Below the pieces are notes generated by a model. It did no database searches, was not told where the DNA came from, and saw only the letters and a program-made list of their open reading frames with translations. A stretch of 64,000 nucleotides of DNA from Phoronis australis (lineage: Eukaryota; Animalia; Phoronida): contig NMRA01000236.1 of assembly GCA_002633005.1 (NCBI GenBank), positions 345,532 to 409,531 on the forward strand, in the 5' to 3' direction. A program made the translations under genes and the position numbers. Positions 25,400 to 39,900 of this stretch are shown here, one piece after another (positions within the stretch are counted from its first letter, which is position 1; each line of letters begins with the position of its first letter).

Positions 25400-25652
25400 T
25401 AGAATATATATAGGTAAATAAAACAACAACAAGAATGGATCAAATGAACTTTTCGGATATAATAACGTCTTTCGTCAACAGAAACAGGAATAAAGTAAAA
25501 TCAAACACTATGTGACAATTGACACATCTTAAATGTTAATTGTCATTTAGTGTTTGATTTTACTTTATTTCTGTTTCTGTTGACGAAGGACGTTATTATA
25601 TCCGAAAAGTTCAGTTGATCCATTCTTGTTCGCTTTACCTATATATATTCTA
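25400..25652. repeat. Near-perfect ~250-bp palindrome upstream of the CAP gene
   Basis: tagaatatatataggtaaa..aacttttcggatataataacgtc..gacgttattatatccgaaaagtt..tttacctatatatattcta. Confidence 0.9.
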
Positions 25653-25962
25653 TAACTCGAGTAAGTCGAAATTTCGATCTCTAACTCGAACTTTTAGCTT
25701 TAATGTTGGGTTCATCAACTGCAAACTAGGACTAAAAAATTGTCCACGCAAGTACTCGAGCATAGAACAATAGACACTTATCTCGAGTTTGCACAAAAGT
25801 ATAGTAGAAAATGCTAATCAATTCGTGTAAAAAGATTAGAACCCGGGCCCAGGTCGTCGAAGATTGCCAAAAATTAGCGTTGACGTCACTTTCTATGTGT
25901 CGCAATAGAGCTGTGATGTCAATCAGGTGCCATGACAACCTGATTCAAAACGTGCTACCGGC

Positions 25963-28900
25963 ATGATGACGGCGAACGTTTCTTGTGCAATAGGAGTTTT
26001 TCTTGGGTTATTAGTTGGTGAGCATTAAATTCTCTTATTTTTTCGTAAAGTCCTACAAATTATAAGCTATTACTTTTGGAAATTATCAAAATCATTCCAA
26101 GACAGCTGACGGTTTCCTCGTGTATTTATCGCCTGAGTACGAAAATGTACGGTTTCATTTCAGTTGCCTTTGCAGCAAAAGGTAAGAAAATTTATTCTAT
26201 TAATGCGTGAGTTCTACGCGGTCGAGTGAGAAGAATGGTGTTGATCAACATTCGGATCTTTTTTAAAGGGCTATTTCGCCGCTGTTTAGCTGTCAATGTT
26301 GAATTTTTATAAAGCGAATTACGAAGCGTTTTGAGCATATTACGACGATCGATCACGGTAAATGGTACATGTATATGAGACCAATTTTATGAGAGTAGAA
26401 ACCAATTCAATACTCGCTTTAGTCTTCTAAACTGGGCGTACTGCATCCTCGTGGCTAATATGCGACATATTAGGAAAGTGGCATCCGTTTTATTGCCTAC
26501 TCGACATACCTTTTATTCATAAATATGATCGGGATTCAAGTATCCTACCAAAACTGTTGCTAAAAGTTAGTAGTAAATCCGCCATGCATTATAAACATTG
26601 GTAATAACGAGGCTGGACGGCCAGCTCCTTTCGATTAAATGGGTTTAAAAACACAACAGATTCTGGTTCCTTTAATGTTTTTCATTTCTGTGTAAACGGG
26701 TGGTGACCACCGCGCAACTAAGTCGTTGTCAAACGACTTGATGGTTGTCTGGAAACCTGTATAAATAATTGTCGGACGAATAAAATCTTTGCAATGGAGC
26801 GCTGGCGTCGTTGACAGGATCATTAGATGACGTGAAAACAACTCTTTTTAGGGTGCAAAGACAAACTTGCGACATGCAACAATATCATAGCAGAATCACC
26901 GGACTTCTGTGACACCGCGGGGATGTTTTCTCGAAACAAGTGTATGGAAAGTTGCGGGTTTTGTGGAAAAGGTCGCTGGTTGAGTTCCGGTAAGTACACA
27001 GCACTGAGCAGATAAGCTGGTTTGTAATTTTGACGGACTTTCTTTCTTCGAGTATATGTACACATCGCCATGCAAAGTGAAAGGGATGGAGACATAAGTT
27101 CATTACCTGGAAGTTACACCTGGCTTTAAGAATGTATTGATTTTATATACTATACCTCTAGTGAGCAAAATGTTGTTTGTCTTCCAAACTCTTCTTGTAT
27201 TTATTTTTGGTGTCCTTTTACAAGATGTGGACATTTTCCCTACTCACATGCGTAACTGAACATGTCGATTTGATAGAATTAAGAGTAAAGTTGGCAGTAG
27301 TTGATGCCTTTGACGATGTCGCTACTCGTGACGACTATAATGGAGAAAATGGTGATGGTGAAAGTGACAGGTGATAGTAGTGAGGATGACTGTTATGGTG
27401 GTGATTGTGAGGATGATGATGACGATGACGATGACGACGATAAATTTGGTGTACTCCTTTTATAATGTTTGTTAGAGCTCTAACCAACCAATTCATTTTT
27501 AGATGAAACGAAGACCACAAGTGCGCTGCCAACAACTATTGCTGTGGAGGGTAAGTCTGTGTTCTTTTCGTATAAGCCATTAGCTGCTGAGCACAAACTG
27601 GCAAGGCTTACATTAACCGGCAAACGTTGGACCTTGGACGCACTGATTATGAAAACGCACTGAAATTTAGCCATTTTGAAGGATTCGATTATTCAGCATG
27701 CTGTTTTAGGCGCTGCATCTGTTTTATCAGTAAACCCTGCCGAATGCAAGCTGGATGATGTGGTTCCTTGGTAATTTTCACGACTGATACGATCTCGTTA
27801 TGAATAAAATCTAGGATCTCATTAAAATATGTAACATATGCCAACTAGGAATCGTTGGTAAAGTCGGAAAGGAGATGAAAAAACTGAAAAATTATCTGTG
27901 AAACATGAAAAATAATCGCCATATGGCCTTAGAAAGCGGAATTGTAAATAATAGATTACTAGATATGCAATATATATATAAATGGATAAAGACGTCACGA
28001 AACGTTTTACGAAATCATGGGTCAAATTTACATGTAAAATGCATGTACAGTGTAGGTCTACTCGTAACAAAGTCGTCAAATAAATTATTAACGCGTATTT
28101 CCACATTGTGTATCTTACAACGAAAATTCTCGTGTAACTCATAACACCATGTGCAACACTATCTCATTATATGGCGAGTTAGCGTGCCACGCCTTTTCTT
28201 ACATTTGGGCTAGATTATTTTTGACACAGTTTTAACCTGAATAAGTATCATTGTTCACTCAAAAGTGTTTTCAAAGTACAGAAAATTGAACATTCTGTTA
28301 ATGTGAGTGCCATCATTAAAAGGACGGGTAGTCTGTACTGTTAAAAGATCTCACGAGAAGGAAAATTTATTCGTCCGTAATTATTTCCATTGAACGGACT
28401 TAGTGCTTTAAAACTACAGTTCCCCGCTTTTGTTGCTGCTCCTATTTTAATACAGGGAACCCCACTTGTGAAGCTCGAAAATGGATTTCCTGCCAGTGTA
28501 ATTTTCAATGAGAATAAGTCGTTTAAAATGATAAGGTGTTATTCTCATTTGAGTAATTTTTGGAAAATTTTTCGAAATTGCGCTCATGGGCTTCCTTTTG
28601 GGTACGCCTATTTTCTGAAATTCTCAGTAATGGCAGCTTTTAGTTTGAAGTGGGTGTCTTTACATTGATCGTTGGGCTACCGTGTGTCGCAACAATTGAA
28701 AACGTCAAATGTTTCAGTAGACAAATCACCTGAAAACAGATTTTGACGGAACCGAAACATACTGTACACGGAGGTGAAAGATATACAAGACCTGTTCGCC
28801 GAGGTACCAAGTGTACTTTGAGAGTCAATGTCTACACAAATAAGCTGGCTTAGTACGTTAGGGGACCACAAAAGTACGCCTATAGTTATTATCCCTACAA

Positions 28901-31900
28901 AAATGGTCAATCTGTTGCGGGACCAAAAAGTACTGACAATGGTAAATAGTGTTACAAAGCAAACTATGGTACATAGGCGGATTTAGGGGGGAGCCCAGGG
29001 GGCTCGGCCCCCCCCCCTTGGCTGCCGCAAAAAAATAAAAGAGTAAGAGCGTAGGGATATGGTGAGTTTATTAATTAACCCCGGTAATTAAAATTATATG
29101 GATGAAAAAAGATTTAAATGTGTGCAGTTTTAGTGTTTGGGGGGGCTCAAACCCAATTTCAAGTGTCAAATTCGGAACACGGCGCATTCGTAACGGAACT
29201 ACGGCTAAGTATAGGCTCTCCCGCGATATCCCAGGCGACCGGCAGTGGCGCTGCGCACTACGACTCCGTTTTCGTCGTCTTCTCCACTGTGCAATGAAGA
29301 AAATTTACTTCATTTTTTAAATAGAATGGAACCTGAGTGACGATGAAAAAACAAAAGCTGCTGGTAAGATGTGAATTTTAATCGAAGCCTCAGTGAATCA
29401 CTCAGAAACTCGCAATACTCTCTTTGTCAAACCTTAACTTAGACGATTTCCAAAGCAATCCCGTCATTATTGCCAACACGAAAAACGGATTTGGTCTTTT
29501 GGGCATTTGAAGACTATTTTAAAAACGACAAAGTTGTTAAGAATTCATGGCACAAAATATAAAACGTGTAATAAGCATTACGAAAAGAAGTAGGTTTCGC
29601 GCGCAAACGCTGTGGACCATAAACAAGTAGGTCTTTTAGCATTACATTACTAGTCAAATCGTGGTGGTGTAGTGGTAACGCACGTCGCACGCGCTCTCTA
29701 ACCGCGAGGTCGTGAGTTCAAGTCTTTGTTACGTTCAGTTTTTCTGTTTGACACGTTCTCTGTTTTTTTTTTTTTTTTTCTTGAATAATACTTCAGGAAT
29801 CAAGGAAAATGCTTGATTTTTAGAGGTAAAAACAGAAAAATTTCCTGGGCCCCCCATTCGGTGCTATGCGCATCTACAATCGTAGTTCAGTTTGCGCAAA
29901 TGCTTACAGCCGGACAAAATGTTGGCCCCCCCCCTTGTGATATCCTAGATCCGCCACTGTGGTAGAAAGATATCACAAGACCAGTTGAAGTACACCGAGA
30001 GCCAAGATCTTTACGAAAATGTTCGATCTGTCTCGAGACCAAAAAGTACAGACTGATGGGTAGATAGATGTGATAAAAAGGCCAGCTCGTCGAGAGACCA
30101 GAAGTACACTGAGAGTCAATAGCTACACAAATAAGCTGGCCTGGTCCGTCGCGAGACCTAAAGTACTCTATGCAACTGAATTGAAAACTGCTCACTTGAC
30201 ACATTTTATTCAACAGTGTATGCTTTTACGTATGTTTTTTGTATCTTGCCGGTACTCATTGACAAAACAGAACACACGCCTTGTACTGCTGTGGATAAAG
30301 CGCTTGACGGCCAGTGACGTGTCTAGTATTTTCGTTGTTTCGTAATGCGTGATCATCAGTAATAGCCCAGTACGCCTTTCCTCAGATATAGTAGCCCTCA
30401 AACGTGTCTTCACACGCCTGAGCACAGAAAATGATCTCGCTGCCTCACAGGGTCAAATAGGGGATATGCATTCTATCCATGTCATCTCCCTGACGTTTGG
30501 GAACATGTCGCCGTCTGCGTGCTTGAGTGTGGAACGCAAATTACTTGGCAAATCCTCTCGACTTTGAGCATTCCAGAAGGACCGCCAGTGCCGGAGTTCT
30601 CGCTGAAATGAGAGCAAAAGATATTGATACTTTTTATGTTTCTATTATTACATTGGTCAACCAGTAATTTATCAGAACACACAGCGTGTCACTCAAAATT
30701 CCGATAGTCAGAAGGGAGTCAGTCACCTCCAGTAAATCTGGTCATGGCAAATCTATGTCTCAGAAATGCAGCCGATCCTCCAGTGAGCTTAAGTCTACAT
30801 TCCTCACATCCTGCTAATGACGAAAGAAATGACAGCTTCCACCTGCCTGTTGTCTTCCGAAAACCTGGTGGTCAACTGAGAGCTTGTCTAGGAAGGGTTT
30901 TCCCACTGGTTTTCTGTGGTACTCAGTGGAAGAAACACTATAGTATTGACAACAACTTGAGCCGCGCACTACGTAACATAGATTTTGGTTATAAAGCAGA
31001 CAAAAAGCCAAGTGGAAATACAGACCACAATCAGTTTCTGTGCTCTCGTAGACCATGTGCTTTACTAAGTAAATTTGGGATGTCCGAATAATAATAATTC
31101 GTATTTCGCTTCCATTGTACACAAACACCAAAGAAAAAATAAGTCAGAAATCCGACATTATGTTAATAATGTGTAGAATTATAATGTTATAATGTATAAC
31201 CTGGGAGTTTATGCAGGAACGTTAGCCCTATGCGGCTTCTGGTGTCTGGACTGCCGAAGAGTCTGGACATCGGATCCAGTGTTCTCAGCTATGGTTTGCG
31301 CGTCTTAGAACCAACCCGGCAGGCACCTTTGTTGTTTGTTCTCAATGCTTGCACTTTGTCAACTGTCGTGTCAATGGGCTTGTAAGCCTCTATAATGCCA
31401 GCATCTCGTTTTTGAAGCTTGGCACTCAGCCCTTTGAGGTTGTCAAGTCCATTCAAAAGAGTTACAAGAGCGACTATATTTGACCTGTTCATCATGGACA
31501 GCTTCAAACCTTGCGTTTTGTCAAAGGCAATGTATCCCAGTACCAATTTACATCTCTTGCAATATTGTGAATAAACGGCAGTGACGTTTAATGCGGGTAG
31601 GAAGACAGTCTGTGCTGAGGTTGGTACCAAGGGCTATTGAACACCGCACGAGTCCCGCAAGACTTTGCTGAGAAAGTACAGCCTACCCGCAATTTCTGGT
31701 GCTGCATACTGTTCGCGAATGCGGTCACCTTGTCAACGTGAGTGCCCNGTCCCCCCCCCCCCCTCTCCCCGGTTGATTCCTTTTATAGGCCTAACTTGCT
31801 AAAGTGTATTTCAAAACGTTCTCGCGACCAAACCACAGTGCCCGCCAAAAAGGTTCTTATATGGCTAAACAATTCTTTGGAAAACGAATTGGTCGTTTTT

Positions 31901-34900
31901 TGTTTTTTAAAACAAACTCATTACATGTATACTGTATATTTAATGCGCAAGACAATTTTATTACAAACGTGTAGAGTTTAATTGCAAGACAAGGCATGAC
32001 ATATCAGGTATAAACGTTGCACGTCGACTCACCTGAATGTCGGGGTTGCGGTCCCACAGTATTTTCCCTAATCATATCAAAACATTTTTAAGAGTAAAGA
32101 CGTTTGTTACTTAAAAAAAATCAGCTATAGAGGTTTGCTTTGTATACGGTGCCTTGCAGTGGATCCATCTAAAGGGCTTGGCTACTTCAGAAGTGTCGAC
32201 GAAAGCGCGCGCACAATTGAACTCCGCGCGACTTGCCGATGCGTCACGAAAACTCGAAATGCGTTGCTTTTCGTGATTACAACAAATTACAATGCAAAGA
32301 AATTATATTTTTCAGGGGGAAACCCCCCTAATTTTTTTCGAGGTTGTTTACTTGGGGTTTTCCCACGTCGTTTTGCGGGTGACGTTTTTTATCCTGTCCG
32401 GAATCCCCCCGTAGATCCGCCACTGCGGCAAGAGTAATAAGGATATATCTAACAATAGCTTTTTTCGACGACATGTACGTGCTGTGTACCTTGCTGGTGA
32501 CGCGAAAGTTTGTCCAAACACAACATTCTCTTTCAAGAAGACTCTGACCTATCGAAGACGTCTCTGTGTGGCTACTAAAAATTACAGGAATTGTTGTTTG
32601 TTCTGCAAGTAAAAGTTGTTAATTTTACAGACAGCACCAGCTCCTTGGCTACGAAGGCGACGCTTGGTAACAGCACTCATTTTAGTACGATAAATGTCTG
32701 TGTAACGTCGAACGGCGATGTTGTTTTCGGATGAAATAAGGTCCTATCCGGCAACTGAACTTCTGTTTTTGTTTTTAGGGATCGCCTATTTAGTTTCGAC
32801 ATTTGTAACATGTGATACCGCTAAACACATGACCAACTACAGTCGTACACATTTGATAACCCTACAGAAGACCCCCAATTGTTTTGAAGATTATTTGTCA
32901 GCACTAAGATTATCAACGCTCCCGAATACTGAGCTCAGATTGGTTTTCTTATACTGAATTCCAGCTGTTACTAAACATCTAATTTATGTTCAACATATGA
33001 CCCGTAATGAACATGTTCAGTCCCTGTCCGTCAGCGAAGCTCCGTTCCAGAGATGAAAAAAGGGTTGAGCTGGAGAAATGGTTACTTATTATAATGTTGC
33101 ATTGGAAATAGTACAAAAATGCAGTCTCAATCGCTTCAAGTCGAGATGCCTCAGACAGATATCATACTGCTGAAAAACTCCCGTCTCTAAAATCGGCTGT
33201 ATTTTACCCCAGTCACGTGTATCTGAGCTATGTAACGTAAGTAGATGTCCACGTGTGGGAATATTTTCAGAAATCACAACAGATTCTCAGCTAAAGAGGA
33301 CATGCAAGCGAAAATACCAAAACTTCTACCTCGCCAATCACACAGCCTGTATTTCAAGGTCGTCAAAACTAATTAGCGCAGTAGGTAGGTGTTACTCTAG
33401 ATTATAAAAGTCACATTAGTCGTTAAAAATAGTGCATTTGATATAGTGTTTGTTAATGACGATGGTTAAAGTGTTCTTCGCCTTCACGTACCAGTACCAT
33501 TCAATGGATGAACACATACGTGTCGCATTTGGATTTGAGCTCTAAGTCCAGATAATAGAACTATAGACTTTACTTTAGTCTTCTTTCTGCAGGAGTAACA
33601 GATAAGGATAAAGCTCTGATTGTCGATAAGCATAACGAAATCAGAGCAAAAGTGAAAAGTGCCGGCAAAATGCTTAAAATGGTAAGGTTTTCGGTTATCA
33701 GAAAATTCGTAATATCATGAGATGGCCACGAAAACGTTTGCCAAAGTCTAATTAAACGTCGCTTATGATGTGCGATATACTACATTTACGACAATGGCAC
33801 GAATGACGTAAAACGCAGATTTGTGATCATGAACAGAGGGAAAATGGACAGACAAAGGAAAATACAGACCATAAGTGCAGCAATACAAAAATCAAAAATG
33901 TTCGACTGTGTACGGAAGGGGGGGGGGAACACTTTGTCCCACCAACTGGAATGCTAGTTTCTTCAAGACAACGGAGTCGTTGAATCAGGACGGGATTTTA
34001 GAAAGTGGTTGACGACCGACGGAAGTTAAGCCGCCGCCTGGGAAGTCTATACATCTAGTTGTTACAGACCTGATTTGGGGAGGGATTATTAAATCTAGAT
34101 AGCGAAGAGAACCCCCCCCCCAAACTAGTTATAGGTTTACCATAATGGATTTTATCTAATGGATTGCTTCAAAGTGCACCAGCTGCGTATGTGGCCTCGA
34201 ATATCAACATTTCTGAGTTGATCTGCGTGCTGTATGCTCCTTAGGCTGCCGCTGGTCCTTGTTTATTTTTACCGTTTTTTTTTTGATTGGTTTAAAATGT
34301 TTGGGATTGAAACTTTTAAGTCTCAATTCCAAATGACAAGATTTAACGACTATTGCCGTTTTACTTGTTTTTCTCGGAATGCAACTAACGCAAACAATAC
34401 TACGGGAATGGGGAATGGATAAGGTACAAGGATCCGAAAACTTTCTGAGTAAAACCAAACGGATCCGTTTTGATTTGGCGATCCAATAAACTCTGAGCAA
34501 GTTTGCTTTTCCTGAATGATTTATCTGTATTTTTGGTTAATTCATTTAATAACAGTTTTGCTCGTGGTTCCATGCCCCCAAGTCAAATTCAGGGCGTGAT
34601 CACTATTATTCCAAAAGGTAAAAAGCCGCGTGAATTCTTGAACAATTGGCGCCCCATTTCTCTCTTAAATACAAGTTATAAAGTTTTATCAGGTTGTATT
34701 GCACATCGTATTAAAAGCGTCATTACCAAAATCATTCATGAAAATCAGAAAGGCTTTATCAAGGGGAGGTTTATTGGTGAAAATATTAGAACCATCTACG
34801 ACATTTTAAATTGCTCAGAAGAATATGATATACCCGGTCTGATAGTTCAAATTGACTTTGAGAAAGCCTTCGATTCCATTTCGTGGAAAATGATCTACAA

Positions 34901-36939
34901 AACCCTATCTTTTTTCAACTTTGGTAAAAACCTAATTGATTGGGTGCGCTTACTAAATTCAAACGCTACACTTTGTGTGATCCAGCACGGCATAACTTCA
35001 GAATACTTCAAAATTGGTCGCGGATGTAAACAAGGTGATCCTGTGTCCCCCTATCTTTTTATCATTTGTGTTGAAATAATGGCCATTATGTTTCGTGAAA
35101 ATAAAAATATAAAAGGTATTGGCATCCCAGATGTCAACGACCTTAAGCTTCTGCAATATGCAGATGACACGGTTTTGTTTTTAGATGGTACAACAGAATC
35201 CTTAAAATACTCGCTTGATCTCCTGGACCAATTTCACAAATTCTCTGGTCTGAGACCAAATGTAGAAAAAACTCATTGTATTTGGATAGGTCGGATGAGG
35301 GGAAGTGAATTGCGCTTGTGTCCAGAATTAAATTTATCTTGGCAAAAACAAAAATTCTCAATTCTGGGAGTCACATTTAGCACAAATTTATCAGAAATTT
35401 CAGACTTAAATTACAATGTCAAAATACAAGAGATTTACAGAGATTTGACGTGTTGGTCCAGGAGATCGCTCACTACGCTAGGAAAAATAACCGTAGTTAA
35501 ATCGTTTGTTTTGCCTAAATTAACGCACCTCCTGTTGTCATTACCTTCTCCATCAGACAAAGTTGTTGACTCTTTAGAAAAACGTTTTTTTAAATTTATT
35601 TGGCAAAACAAAAATGACAGGATAGCTAGAAATATTATGATCCAAGATTTTTCCAACGGAGGCTGTAAAATGGTCCATTTAAAAAGTTATATTAAGTCGT
35701 TAAAATTTACATGGTTCGTGAGACTTGTGATGGCCAATCAATCTTCCTGGAAATTGATTGTTATGAAAAACCGCTTTTTAGCTGGAAAAAACCTTCTTCA
35801 TGTTGGGGCCAAATTTTATAGTCAATGCCCGGGAATTTTTAAGAATGTCTTTTGGAAAGAGGTATTTTTAGTTGTTGGGGAAGTACTCTCTAGTATCTCA
35901 GATTATCACATTAAAGAGGAATTTTATTACGAACCACTCTGGTATAATGAACATATTTTGATTGATAAAAAGTCTGTTTTCTACAATGACTGGTATAAAA
36001 GAGGTATAGTTTTTATTCACGATTTGTTGAACCATAATGGTTATTTTATGTCTTACCAGTGTTTTTGTGAAAGATACAGGTTTTCTCCATCATTTACATC
36101 TTTTTGGGGTATTCGAAGTGCAATTCGTCAAACTATTCGTCATTCTCAAATTAGGCCATGTAGTGAAATTGAGATAACCTTGCCTTTTTGCACAACATTT
36201 AATTCCATTCTTATATCGAGACAAAAAGTCAATAAACAAATTTATACCCACTTAATACAAAAACTATATAAAAAACCCAAATTTGAGGAAAATTGGGAAA
36301 AACAGTTGAATACCGTAATTCCCCGTGAGTGGTGGAGAAAAGCTTATTCTTATTCTATTAACTTTTCTTGTGATATCCAGCTTAAATGGTTTCAAATACG
36401 TTTAACTCACAGACTACTCGGAACCAATAAGTTTTTGAGTAAGATTGGTGTTAGAAATTCAGATAGTTGTACTTTTTGTAATTCTCATTCTGAAGACCTT
36501 TTTCACTTGTATTGGTCTTGTTTACGTGTCCAAAGTTTTTGGAAAACAGTTGAAAACTGGATAAAAAACTTCTGCGGAATTGATATGAAACTTGATCATT
36601 TTTACGTAATTTTTGGCTCCTTTAATGGACCAAAAATCATAAATCTACTTTTATGTTTAGGCAAGTACCACATACACAAGCAAAGACTTCAGAATGTAGA
36701 ACCATGTTTTGCACTTTTTAAACATTCTGTTTTTGATTACTACAAAGTAGAAAAGGTTATGTACTATAACCAGTGCAGGTATCTCGACTTCGAGGAACGA
36801 TGGGCCCCTCTAGCACCTTTATTTTAATTTACACTACATACAACCAATGGCCCCCCTGTGTATGAATGTGAGCGTGACTGTGTGCGTGAATGTTTATACT
36901 GTTTGGCTTTATTGTATTTGCATTACGATAACAATAAAA

Positions 36940-36970
<31 letters not shown>

Positions 36971-39900
36971 GTTTGCTTTTCCTTATCACATCCAGCGTCC
37001 CATCTTTCAATCTGCAATTCAATGATCATCTCGTCTCTTCTTTTTTGATTCATTCACTACTCAGTCCTAGTGAAGTGTACTTGTTTTCGTGATCACACAC
37101 AATTTTTCCGATGCCTCGAACCATATCATAAGCTGTGCTGTTAACGATGATCAATGACGGCTTCCGAGAAGAACGGAGAAGTGCAACTGGCCGAAGCGAG
37201 CTCAAGTTGAGGTCATTGGTATTTGATTGACACTGACTAAAAATTCCGGAGTTTGATTTGTTATGAAATACAAGAATAACAGACTTTGAGAATTTTTGTA
37301 CCCGGACCAAATATCACGATTCCTTTAGATGGAACAATTAACATACATAAATTCGATATAATTTGAATTTTACCCAAACTCGGGTCCAGCAACTTATTAC
37401 TCTGCGCGTGTAAGCGCAGAGTACTGTTGTTCCTGGGTTTTCTTCAATTTTATTACTCTGCGCGTGTAAGCGCAGAGTACTGTTGTTCCTGGGTTTTCTT
37501 CAATTTTATTACTCTGCGCGTGTAAGCGCAGAGTACTGTTGTTCCTGGGTTTTCTTCAATTTTATAAATCTGCGCGTGTAAGCGCAGAGTACTGTTGTTC
37601 CTGAGTTTCCTTCAATTTTATTCTTATTCTTATTACTCTGCGCGTGTAAGCGCAGAGTACTGTTGTTCCTGGGTTTTCTTCAATTTTATTCTTATTCTTA
37701 TTCTTATTCTTATAACTCTGCGCGTGTAAGCGCAGAGTCTTGTTGTTCCTGGGTTTTCTTCAATTTTATTCTTCTTATTACTCTGCGCGTGTAAGCGCAG
37801 AGTACTGTTGTTCTTGGGTTTTCTTCAATTTTATTCTTATTCTTCTTATTCTAATTCTTATTCTTCTTATTCTTCTTCCGATCAACTTTGAGGCTTAATA
37901 ACTCCAAATTGGGTGCAGATACGGTCTTTAAATTCAGCATACGACTTTTGACAGTATATAAATTTTGATTGGTTATATAATCATATTCCATATGGCACCG
38001 GAAGAGGTCGCTTGGTGCAAAGGTCATATAATTTTCAAAATGCTACTCCTCCTTCAGTTTTGAAGCTATCTTTTTCAAATTCGGTGCACAGGTATAAGTC
38101 AACATGACAATTTAAAAAATTACTTTTCTAAGTAATCGGGTCATCCAATCAGGTGAAATAGGTCAAAGGTCATTAGGTGCAAACTAAAATTTTGAGCTAG
38201 ACACTTCAAATGAACAGGTCTGATTGGCACAGGAAATTCAATTCGGAATCCAAAGTTTCAGGTCATTCAGTGCAAACATGGGGTCATTGGGTGCATTTTT
38301 CTTCTGAAAATTTGACCTTTTCATTCACCAAGTATTCTGATGTGTCAACCGTCAGACAACTGTGATTCTCAGCATTAAACATATTTTTCATGGGCTTTGC
38401 ATTAATTCTCCTAAAGATGCTTATAATGCACCGGATAGGGTCAATTAGCGCAAAGGTCATGTAACGTTCAAAATATTATATCTCTTACGTTTTTCAAGGA
38501 ATTGTTTTCAATTTCAACACACTTGGGTAAGTCAACATACCCTACTTTACTTCGCAATAGGCCTAACCAATCAGAAAAAATAGGTCAAAGGTCATTGAGT
38601 GCAAACTAAAATTTTGAGCTAGAGACTTCAAAATTACACATCTGTTTACTAAGTGCGATTGAGTTTGAATTCTAAATTTCCAGGTCATTTGGTGCACCCA
38701 TGGGGTAATTAGGTGCATTTTTCTTCAGAAAGTTTGACCAATTCATTCATCTTGTATTCTGAAGTTCTTAAAGTATAACATCTGTCATTTTTAGCATTAA
38801 CTACACTTTTAATCGAGTTAACATTTACTCCCTCATAGGCGCTCATAATGCACCGGAAGAGGTCAATTAGTGGAAAAGTCATCAAAAATTAATGTGTAAT
38901 TTCTCATACAATTTTAAAAAATTCCTTTTCATATTGGTAAATGGGTTGCTGTCAGTAACTTTCCACAATAATTCCATTAACAGGCGCAGAGTCCGTTATT
39001 GTCACGCCGTGACAATAATCTTTCTAGTTTAAAATGTTATTCTGTTCCGTACCATTCACCGTCATTCTGTTGTTATAAATATGTACGATTTTCAACTGAT
39101 TTCTTCAGATTCCCGCACGTTTTAATAGTCGGTGGCGCAAGGTGAAACAAGTTCAGCCTCACTATTGTCAGTGCATGGGATACCTATTGCTGCTATCTCA
39201 TTGTTAGCACATACCCGTAAAGAGGTACAAACTATAGGAAGTGTTGAGCATCACAGACTCGACTTTGTCAATCTCGGGCACCGCCATCACTACTTTGGTA
39301 ATCCGGTCGTCACCCTTTGTCGCAACCATTCAGTTTGCAGAAATTTCAAAACTTCCGGTCGCGATAAATTTCCTCTGCCAGTCGTCGCCAGTTTCCACTC
39401 CCTTGTCGCCAAAATCTCCCCTTGCCTGCCATCCCTCCTCAATCGATCAATGTCAACTTCTTGTTTAAATAGGAACTCCTGACTGAAACGACCAGTCATT
39501 AGAACGTGTTTTAAATAATGTCTTGTCTAATCTGTTTTTCATGCTTTCAAGTATTGGGACGACGAAATTGCGATGATAGCACAACACTGGGCTGAAAACT
39601 GCGAATTTGGACACGATGAAGCAAGAAGCATTCCCGGTACTTTATTTAAATTGCTTATCAATTAAAAATATTTCATCTACCGAGTTCAAGTCGTGTTTCA
39701 GGTGCATCGTGGGAAGTTTCTCGACTCTTAAGCATCCAGCGACATCACACAGGACTTGGCGGAAAGCTGCACCACTGGAGTGCATTAATTTTGAAATCCC
39801 GTGTCCACACTGCAACTTACTTTTTGATGCGATTACGAAACGCCACAATCTTTCAAAAAGATGAGGTCGAAACTCAATCTTAAAATAGCGGTCGGAATCT

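Larger units (their letters stand above)
28690..32425 (-). mobile_element. Decayed hAT-family element, copy 1 (one TIR lost), in a CAP intron
   Basis: Colinear with 54140-55400 plus 58708-59338. Ends gtagatccgccactg. Contains transposase remnants. Confidence 0.8.

Noticed and set aside
27177-27535. Asp/Gly-rich plus ORF and His-rich minus ORF
   Set aside because: Explained by the trinucleotide tract. An extra linker exon from 27277 cannot be excluded but has no convincing donor.
29660-29730. Functional tRNA gene
   Set aside because: A and B boxes are present, but acceptor and anticodon stems do not pair convincingly and it lies within a MITE.
37394-37880. Palindromic repeat array resembling CRISPR
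   Set aside because: No unique spacers, no cas genes, eukaryotic intron context, and the units match the terminus of the adjacent Helentron-like element.
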